Assembly (NCBI GenBank): GCA_016218585.1
Contig: JACRDK010000006.1
Coordinates: forward strand, 1,823-65,822
DNA: 64,000 bases
Direction of reading: 5' to 3'
Source: Candidatus Doudnabacteria bacterium
GTDB lineage: Bacteria; Patescibacteriota; Doudnabacteria; UBA920
Shown: positions 57,694 to 64,000 of the stretch, one piece after another
How positions within the stretch are numbered: the first letter of the stretch is position 1
Layout: the number at the start of each line of letters is the position of its first letter
The notes under the pieces: generated by a model
The model's database searches: none
Told to the model about the DNA's origin: nothing
What the model saw: the letters and a program-made list of their open reading frames with translations, nothing else
Position numbers and translations under genes: made by a program

Positions 57694-58794
57694 ATGCTAA
57701 ATTTTTTCAATCGTTTTAAGTATTTTGATATTCCGTTGCTCACCGCGACTTTGCTTTTAGCGCTCGCGGGTATTTCCATTCTTTACAGCACCACGCTTTC
57801 CGAAGACAGCAATACGCTGTTTTACAAACAGCTAATTTTTTTGGGAATTGGGTTTGGCGGATTTTTATTTTTAAGCTTTTTTAACTACCGCACCCTGGCC
57901 AAAGCAAACCGGGTTATTTACGTTGTAATGGTTGGGCTGCTGTTGTATTTGGAAATTTTCGGTTCCATCGTCCGCGGAGGCAGGCGCTGGATAGACTTAG
58001 GCTTTTTTACTTTTCAACCGGCGGAATTCGTAAAGCTGGTAGTTATTTTAGGCTTGGCTAGAATGCTCTACTTAAAAAGGGGGCAAATTAATTCCTTTAC
58101 AACGCTGGTTTGGTCCCTGGCTTACGCGCTTGTTCCGGCCGGGCTGGTTATTTTAGAACCTGACCTGGGTTCTGCAATTATTATTTTAAGCTTGTGGCTG
58201 GGAATTATTATGCTCAGCCCAATCAAAAAGAAATTTTTAGTTTACCTATTTATTAGTTTTGTTATTATATCCGGGCTCACCTGGAAATTTTTCCTTAAAG
58301 AATTCCAGCGAGACAGAATTATGGTTTTTATTAACCCGGAATTGGATCCTAGGGGAAAAGGGTATAACGTTAAGCAGGCCACCATTGCCGTAGGAAGCGG
58401 AGAATTTAGCGGCCGCGGCTTAGGCAAGGGGGTGCAAAGCCAGCATAAATTTTTACCGGAACGCCAAACAGACTTTATTTTTGCCGCCAGCAGCGAAGAA
58501 ATCGGCTTCTTAGGCTCTATGAGTTTGCTAGGCCTGTTTTTCTTTTTACTTATGCGTCTTTATATGATTATGAAAAAAGCCAAGGACGACCTGGGTATGT
58601 ATATTGCCGGAGGAATTTTATTTTTCTTCTTCTTTCACGTAATAATTAATGTCGGGATGAACATCGGCCTTTTGCCGGTAACCGGCATTCCCTTGCCCTT
58701 TGTCAGCGCCGGCGGAAGTTCTCTTATTGTAAGCCTTTCGGCCTTAGGCGTAGCGCAAAATATCGCCATCCAATCTAAAGCTTTGCGGTTTTAA
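57694..58794 (+). CDS. rodA: Rod shape-determining protein RodA (SEDS family)
   Basis: RWIDLG..QPAEFVK, EPDLG, PERQTDFIF, TGIPLPFVSAGGSS. Confidence 0.9.
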   Translation: MLNFFNRFKYFDIPLLTATLLLALAGISILYSTTLSEDSNTLFYKQLIFLGIGFGGFLFLSFFNYRTLAKANRVIYVVMVGLLLYLEIFGSIVRGGRRWIDLGFFTFQPAEFVKLVVILGLARMLYLKRGQINSFTTLVWSLAYALVPAGLVILEPDLGSAIIILSLWLGIIMLSPIKKKFLVYLFISFVIISGLTWKFFLKEFQRDRIMVFINPELDPRGKGYNVKQATIAVGSGEFSGRGLGKGVQSQHKFLPERQTDFIFAASSEEIGFLGSMSLLGLFFFLLMRLYMIMKKAKDDLGMYIAGGILFFFFFHVIINVGMNIGLLPVTGIPLPFVSAGGSSLIVSLSALGVAQNIAIQSKALRF

Positions 58795-58817
58795 CTTCTA
58801 TCTGATAAAATACTTAT

Positions 58818-59225
58818 ATGAAAAATAATATGTCTGCCGGTGGAGGACCAGCCTTTAACGGAAAAAATTACGACTTCAAAAAAATTATCGAGTGGCTCGG
58901 GATTATTTTAAAGTGCCCGATTTGTAATGCTAAATATAACTTGGAAAAGACCCAGGTTATAGAAAGCGAGCAGAGCGAAGTTTTTAATGAAGCCCGAATA
59001 CTCATTCATTCCGATTGCGCCAAGTGTAAAAGCTCGGTTATGTTTAATGTTGAGATTAAGGGTCCGGAAGTATTTAGCGTTGGAATGGTTACGGATTTAA
59101 CCGGCAAAGACAGCAGCAAATTTAAAAAACTGGGGCCAATACATGTTAATGAAATTATCGGCATACACCAAGCCCTAAAAACCTTCAAAGGCGATTTCAT
59201 CTCCGCCCTTACAGTTAAGAAATAA
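58818..59225 (+). CDS. Zn-finger hypothetical protein
   Basis: CPIC and HSDCAKC pairs. Confidence 0.65.
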   Translation: MKNNMSAGGGPAFNGKNYDFKKIIEWLGIILKCPICNAKYNLEKTQVIESEQSEVFNEARILIHSDCAKCKSSVMFNVEIKGPEVFSVGMVTDLTGKDSSKFKKLGPIHVNEIIGIHQALKTFKGDFISALTVKK

Positions 59226-59242
59226 TCTCTCTATTAAACCCC

Positions 59243-59271
59243 TTGCCAAAGCAAGGGGTTTTTGTTATAAT
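59243..59271 (+). promoter_or_regulatory. Sigma70 promoter for rplY overlapping upstream terminator
   Basis: TTGCCA-17 nt-TATAAT, overlapping the AAACCCCTTGC/GCAAGGGGTTT hairpin. Confidence 0.6.
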
Positions 59272-59345
59272 GTTTGGGCATAAATTTTTAAGGTTTGTGA
59301 GTATCCTAAATAAGGAGATGGGCAAACCAATAGAGAGACCAGAAA

Positions 59346-60017
59346 ATGGAGAAAATCCAACTCAAAGCCAGTTTAAGAGACATTAAAACCACTAAGCCTG
59401 CCAAACTCAGGAAAGAAGGCTTGCTGCCGGCAGTTTTGTACGGCAATAAGGTGCAGAATGTTTCCTTAAGCGTAAATGCCAGAGAATTCGACAAAATTTT
59501 AAAGAAAGCCGGTGAAAGCACGGTTATTGATCTTCAGACTGAAGACGGCAAAAACCACCCGGTTTTAATTCACGATATCCAAAACCATTACTTAACTTCA
59601 GTCCCGACTCACGTCGACTTTTATGAAGTAAGCATGACCACCAAATTAAAAGCCAATGTGGCTATTGAATTTACCGGTGAATCCCAGGCTGTTAAGGCTT
59701 TGGGCGGGGTATTGGTAAGAGTCTTGAATGAAGTTGAAGTTGAATGTTTGCCGGCAGACCTTCCTCACAATATTGAAGTTAATGTTGAAGTATTAAAAAC
59801 CTTGCAGGATACAGTTCATGTTAAAGACTTGAAAGTTCCTGCTAACGTGAAAATTTTAACCCCGGCCGATGAATTGGTTATTAAAGTTCAGCCGCCACGC
59901 GACGTGGAAGCTGAATTAGCCGCTCCGGTTGTTGAAGATGTTAGCAAAGTAGAAGGCGCCGCCGAAGAAAAACCGGCTGCTCCAGCTGCAGACGCTAAAG
60001 CTGAAGAAAAAAAGTAG
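59346..60017 (+). CDS. rplY: 50S ribosomal protein L25/CTC
   Basis: LRKEGLLPAVLYG, HVDFY, ECLPADLP. Confidence 0.93.
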   Translation: MEKIQLKASLRDIKTTKPAKLRKEGLLPAVLYGNKVQNVSLSVNAREFDKILKKAGESTVIDLQTEDGKNHPVLIHDIQNHYLTSVPTHVDFYEVSMTTKLKANVAIEFTGESQAVKALGGVLVRVLNEVEVECLPADLPHNIEVNVEVLKTLQDTVHVKDLKVPANVKILTPADELVIKVQPPRDVEAELAAPVVEDVSKVEGAAEEKPAAPAADAKAEEKK

Positions 60018-60028
60018 TTTAAACTTTT

Positions 60029-60068
60029 AATCCGCCTCAACCTTATAAACAGGTGAGGCGGATTTTTT
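60029..60068 (+). terminator. Intrinsic terminator
   Basis: AATCCGCCTCA-TGAGGCGGATTTTTT. Confidence 0.75.
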
Positions 60069-60093
60069 AAATGTTTGATATAATTATCTCACC

Positions 60094-60981
60094 ATGAAAA
60101 GCAAAAAAATAGCATTAATCTCTGCGGCCTGCATAATCCTGCTATTCGGCGTAGTGTGGCAGCATTTCAACAGCCACAAGTTTGTTGTTGAAACCTTAGC
60201 GCAAAAGCCAACCGAACCGGGGATAGTCCATACTTTCTACGCCGCAGCCGTTGAAACAAAACCACAAATTAAGCCGCCGCAGGAAAAAGTATTGCGCCTG
60301 CCAATTTTAATGTATCATCATGTAGGCGACCTGCCGGATAAAGCAGATGGCACCAGGCAAGATTTAACCGTTCCAACAGCGGAATTTGAACAACAGGTAA
60401 AATGGCTGTCCGAAAATGGCTACAAAAGCATTCATTTGGCGGACTTAGACAATTACGCCAAAGGCAAATTTATTATGCCGAAAAAGCCGGTTATTTTTAC
60501 TTTTGACGATGGGTACTTAGACGTTTTTACAAATGCCGTGCCGATTTTAAAAAAATATAACTTTACCGGCAGTTTTGCAATAATTACCCAGTTTCCCGGC
60601 ACGCAAGAAGGCAACAATGTTTATGCCTCCTGGGATGTTATTAGAGATGCTTACCGGCAGGGAAATGAGATTGTTTCCCATACCCAAAACCATTTTGACG
60701 GCAGCAACCCAAAATTTAACAGCGAGTTTATCCAACAAAATCTGTGCGGATCAAAAACAGATTTAAAACAGAACCTGGGAATAAATACCAATATTCTTAT
60801 TTACCCTTACGGCCATTACACTCCTGACTATATTAATCAGGCAAAAATTTGCGGTTTTAATATGAGCCTTACGGTACACGAAGGCTCGAGGATAAATTTA
60901 GAAGACCTGATGGAAATTCCGCGCGTTAGAATCCATGGCAGGCAAAACTTTGAAAGATTCAAACAATTAGTCTCCGAATAA
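60094..60981 (+). CDS. Polysaccharide deacetylase (NodB/CE4)
   Basis: PILMYHHV, TFDDG, SHTQNH, YPYG. Confidence 0.9.
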   Translation: MKSKKIALISAACIILLFGVVWQHFNSHKFVVETLAQKPTEPGIVHTFYAAAVETKPQIKPPQEKVLRLPILMYHHVGDLPDKADGTRQDLTVPTAEFEQQVKWLSENGYKSIHLADLDNYAKGKFIMPKKPVIFTFDDGYLDVFTNAVPILKKYNFTGSFAIITQFPGTQEGNNVYASWDVIRDAYRQGNEIVSHTQNHFDGSNPKFNSEFIQQNLCGSKTDLKQNLGINTNILIYPYGHYTPDYINQAKICGFNMSLTVHEGSRINLEDLMEIPRVRIHGRQNFERFKQLVSE

Positions 60982-61021
60982 AACACCACTCTATTACACT
61001 GGAGTAATAGAGTGGTGTTTT
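60980..61021. terminator. Bidirectional terminator
   Basis: AAAACACCACTCTATTAC-GTAATAGAGTGGTGTTTT. Confidence 0.75.
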
Positions 61022-61888
61022 TTAAAGGGTTATTTCAACAAAGCGCCAAAGGCTTCGAAAATCTTTGTAAAATTTTACATTTGCTTTGGGCAGATGTTTT
61101 TTTATTTCTTTATCCAGCTCAACTTTTTGCCTCGGATCAAACTCCAAATAAATCAAGCGCGGCTGTTTTATAGATTGTTTGATTTGCAATAACAAACGTT
61201 TAATTTCATATAGCCCATTATCTTTTGTAAACAAAGCATGTTTGGGTTCAAACTTTAAACCAATAGTAGCTGCGGATGTATTATTTTTCCATTGACTCCA
61301 ACCATACGGCAAATTAGCAATAATTATATCCGGGGTATTCTTTATATTTTTAAGCAAATCGGATCTAACAAAATTTATTTTGACATGATGGGCTTTGGCA
61401 TTCTGTTTGGCTACAATAAGAGCCTTGCTCGAAATGTCAGATGCAGTAATTTGAAATTTAAAATTTAAAATTTGTAATTTTTTGGCCAGTGCTATAGCTA
61501 TGCATCCGCTGCCGGTGCCAATGTCCAAAATATTTATTGTTTTCCCCTTAATTCTTAATTCCTGATTCTTAATTCTAGTTATAATTTCTTCCGTCTCCGG
61601 GCGGGGGACCAGCACGTTTTTATTCACTTTAAACCGCAAACCGTAAAAATCCTTATATCCCAAAATATAAGCTATAGGCTCGCCCTTTTCCCGGCGCCGC
61701 ACCATCTGTGTTAATTTGCTTGCCTGAATCCGTGTTAATTTTTGCTCCCCATTCATAAACAAAAACTCCCTGGTTTTCTTTAGAACCTCAGAGAGTAAAA
61801 GGTCAATCTCAACCTTCTGATATTTAATTAGGGCTTCTTTGACTGTCAATTTTGTCAATTTTACTAAATCCTGGTCAATTTTGTTCAA
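61022..61888 (-). CDS. prmC: Release factor glutamine methyltransferase PrmC/HemK
   Basis: GEPIAYILG, VPRPETE, DIGTGSG, NLPY. Exact start uncertain. Confidence 0.9.
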   Translation of the reverse strand: MNKIDQDLVKLTKLTVKEALIKYQKVEIDLLLSEVLKKTREFLFMNGEQKLTRIQASKLTQMVRRREKGEPIAYILGYKDFYGLRFKVNKNVLVPRPETEEIITRIKNQELRIKGKTINILDIGTGSGCIAIALAKKLQILNFKFQITASDISSKALIVAKQNAKAHHVKINFVRSDLLKNIKNTPDIIIANLPYGWSQWKNNTSAATIGLKFEPKHALFTKDNGLYEIKRLLLQIKQSIKQPRLIYLEFDPRQKVELDKEIKKHLPKANVKFYKDFRSLWRFVEITL

Positions 61889-62955
61889 TGCTTCAGCGCT
61901 TCTTTTTTTGCTTCTAAGTCAGCGCGCTGCAGGGCTTCGGTAATGGGTCCAAACTTTCCTTCCATAATCAAATTAATTTGGTTGAAGTTCTGGTTAATGC
62001 GATGGTCGGTTACGCGGTCTTGCGGGAAGTTATAGGTACGGATTTTTTCGGAGCGGTCGCCGGTGCCTATTTGGCTTTTGGTTAAATCGCGCACTTTTTT
62101 ATTTTCTATTTCTTCATAATGCGCGGCAACGCGGGCGCGAATAACTTCCAAGGCTTTTTCTTTGTTCTGCGCAAAACTGCGTTCGTCCTGACACTGGGCG
62201 GTTATGCCGGTGGGAATATGCACAATGCGAATAGCGGAGTAAGTGGTGTTAACCGATTGTCCGCCGTGTCCGGAGGAGGTGGTGGCTTCCATTTTTAAAT
62301 CTTTGTCGGCAATGGCGTAATCTTTTTCTTCTAAAATTGGCAGCACAGCCACGGTAATGGTGGATGTGTGAACGCGGCCGCTTTTTTCCGTTTCCGGCAC
62401 GCGCTGGACGCGATGAACGCCGCTTTCATATTTAAACACCTGATACGGGTGTTTTTCCGCACTTGCCCGGCCGTGTATTTCAAAAACCACTTCCTTAAAA
62501 CCGCCGGCCTCACTGCGGGAAGAGGAAACAATGTTTGGTTTAAAACCCAGCTCTTCGGCAAACTTACCTAAGGCACGGAACATTTCTGAAGCAAACAGGG
62601 TAGATTCGTCCCCGCCGGCCCCGGCGCGAATTTCCACAATTACGTCTTTGTCGTCATTAGCGTCTTTAGGCAGCAGAGCCTCCTCGATTTCAGATTTTAA
62701 ATTTAAGATTTCGGATTCAAGGCGCTTGGCTTCATCTAAAGCCATAGATTTAATTTCCGGGTCGGCGTCATTCAATAAATTCTTATTTTCTTCCAGCTCC
62801 TTAATTCTTAATTCATAATTCTTAATTCTGTCTGCAATAGGGGACAGCTCGGCATGGCGGCGGCCCAATTTGGCAATATCAACACTGCCACCGGCAGACA
62901 TCTCTTCGGTGATTTTATTATATTCTTCTAAAATTTTGGCAAATGCTGGTTCCAT
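61885..62955 (-). CDS. prfA: Peptide chain release factor 1
   Basis: HRVQRVPETE (PxT), GGQ, RSEKIRTYNFPQ. Confidence 0.95.
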   Translation of the reverse strand: MEPAFAKILEEYNKITEEMSAGGSVDIAKLGRRHAELSPIADRIKNYELRIKELEENKNLLNDADPEIKSMALDEAKRLESEILNLKSEIEEALLPKDANDDKDVIVEIRAGAGGDESTLFASEMFRALGKFAEELGFKPNIVSSSRSEAGGFKEVVFEIHGRASAEKHPYQVFKYESGVHRVQRVPETEKSGRVHTSTITVAVLPILEEKDYAIADKDLKMEATTSSGHGGQSVNTTYSAIRIVHIPTGITAQCQDERSFAQNKEKALEVIRARVAAHYEEIENKKVRDLTKSQIGTGDRSEKIRTYNFPQDRVTDHRINQNFNQINLIMEGKFGPITEALQRADLEAKKEALKH

Positions 62956-63116
62956 AAAAATTAATCCTAAACTACAAATTATTTTCCGAATGATCCGAAA
63001 TTTCGCGGCATTCGGATTGCATCATTTGTTGAATTCGGATTATACACTGTTAATTCTAACATAAAACCACCCCAAACAAAACGTCAGGATGGCTTTATTA
63101 AAAGTTCTTTTAGCAG

Positions 63117-63380
63117 TTATTTCTTCGGGGAGCGGGCTTTTCTTGGCTTCTTTTCTTTAACTACAGCCTTAATCTTTACCGCGGTCTCTTTGCGCTTTTT
63201 GAATTTATCTACGTTACCAGCTGCATCGAGAAGCTTTTGCTTACCGGTATAAAACGGGTGGCAAGAGCTGCAAATTTCAGTGTGCAGGGAAGGGGCGGTA
63301 GAACCTGTGGTAAAAGTATTGCCGCAGGCGCAAGTAACTGTAATTCCAACGTTATATTGTGGGTGGATGTTAGATTTCAT
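63117..63380 (-). CDS. rpmE: 50S ribosomal protein L31 (Zn-binding type)
   Basis: [19 protein letters not shown]. Confidence 0.95.
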   Translation of the reverse strand: MKSNIHPQYNVGITVTCACGNTFTTGSTAPSLHTEICSSCHPFYTGKQKLLDAAGNVDKFKKRKETAVKIKAVVKEKKPRKARSPKK

Positions 63381-63486
63381 TGTTATACTAAGTTAATTTC
63401 GTTATTTCTTAATGCCTTAATTTCCATCAATCATTGCTGATATTATTGAAATTAAATGAAACTAAGAAACTTATGCAACTCCAGAT

Positions 63487-63528
63487 ATTCTATCAACACT
63501 TGCCAAAAAAGTCAAGGCCTGTTATAAT
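63487..63528. promoter_or_regulatory. Overlapping divergent sigma70 promoters (rpmE / rpsB)
   Basis: Plus strand TTGCCA(63500)-17-TATAAT. Minus strand TTGACT(63515)-17-TAGAAT. Confidence 0.6.
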
Positions 63529-63630
63529 ATCGCTAATAATTAATAAACATATTCCGCACTCATTTCCTGTCCCAATAGGCCTGCGGGCTAAATATCGGGA
63601 TCGGCGGAATAGAAGGAAAGGATTAATAGA

Positions 63631-64000
63631 ATGAAAGAAATAACTCTTTTAGAGTTGTTAAAGAGCGGCGCGCACTTTGGGCACACCACTTCAAGATGGA
63701 ACCCAAAAATGAAGCCGTTTATTTTTACCACCAGGAATAACATCCACATTTTGGACCTGGAAAAGACCAAGAAAGCCATTGTTAAAGCGGCTAAATTTGC
63801 CCAAGAACTATCCAGCCGCGGCGGCACAATTTTGTTTGTTGCCACCAAACGCCAGAGCAAAGACATTGTAAAGCAAGCTGCGGTTTCCTGCGGCATGCCA
63901 TATGTTAACGTGCGCTGGCTCGGCGGTACCTTTACCAATTTCAAAACCATCCAAAGAACAATCCGCAAACTGGAGAAATTGGAAAATATGAAGATGTCGG
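63631..64000 (+). CDS. rpsB: 30S ribosomal protein S2 (partial, runs off window)
   Basis: MKEITLLELLKSGAHFGHTTSRWNPKMKPFIF..RWLGGTFTNF. Confidence 0.95.
   Translation, partial: MKEITLLELLKSGAHFGHTTSRWNPKMKPFIFTTRNNIHILDLEKTKKAIVKAAKFAQELSSRGGTILFVATKRQSKDIVKQAAVSCGMPYVNVRWLGGTFTNFKTIQRTIRKLEKLENMKMS

Noticed and set aside
63588-63968. 126-aa minus-strand ORF and the many other antisense ORFs nested in housekeeping genes
   Set aside because: Antisense shadows of rpsB and other conserved genes, with no motifs.

Overview
The window is a gene-dense, AT-rich bacterial chromosome segment read with genetic code 11. Its gene content suggests Patescibacteria/CPR (inference): monomeric PheRS, archaeal-type PyrH, ThrS without a TGS domain, few Shine-Dalgarno sites, and pilin-like surface proteins. 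Housekeeping genes include alr, a complete F1Fo ATP synthase operon, rmuC, a UvrD helicase-nuclease, pheS, gyrB, greA, lysS, serS, pyrH, glycosyltransferases, rplU, recR, dnaB, cysS, two adk paralogs, map, thrS, dnaE, rodA, rplY, prmC, prfA, rpmE and partial rpsB, plus four tRNAs. The unusual signal lies mostly in non-coding architecture. (1) A GxxExxY nuclease-like gene is enclosed by inverted arms built from 8-10-nt tandem units, and many cargo-less two-arm copies of this design lie between, and once inside, housekeeping genes. (2) A wHTH/Cas2-like (PaaX-type) gene is bracketed by two covarying 34-36-bp perfect palindromes. (3) A GIY-YIG nuclease gene sits between a duplicated tRNA-Asp 5' half and the intact tRNA-Asp, with its stop codon inside the tRNA. 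(4) A 20-bp palindrome is inserted, in all four copies, into the repeat arms. (5) An atypical T-box riboswitch with an ultrashort stem I and a terminator precedes thrS. All calls were made by eye and no database search was run.
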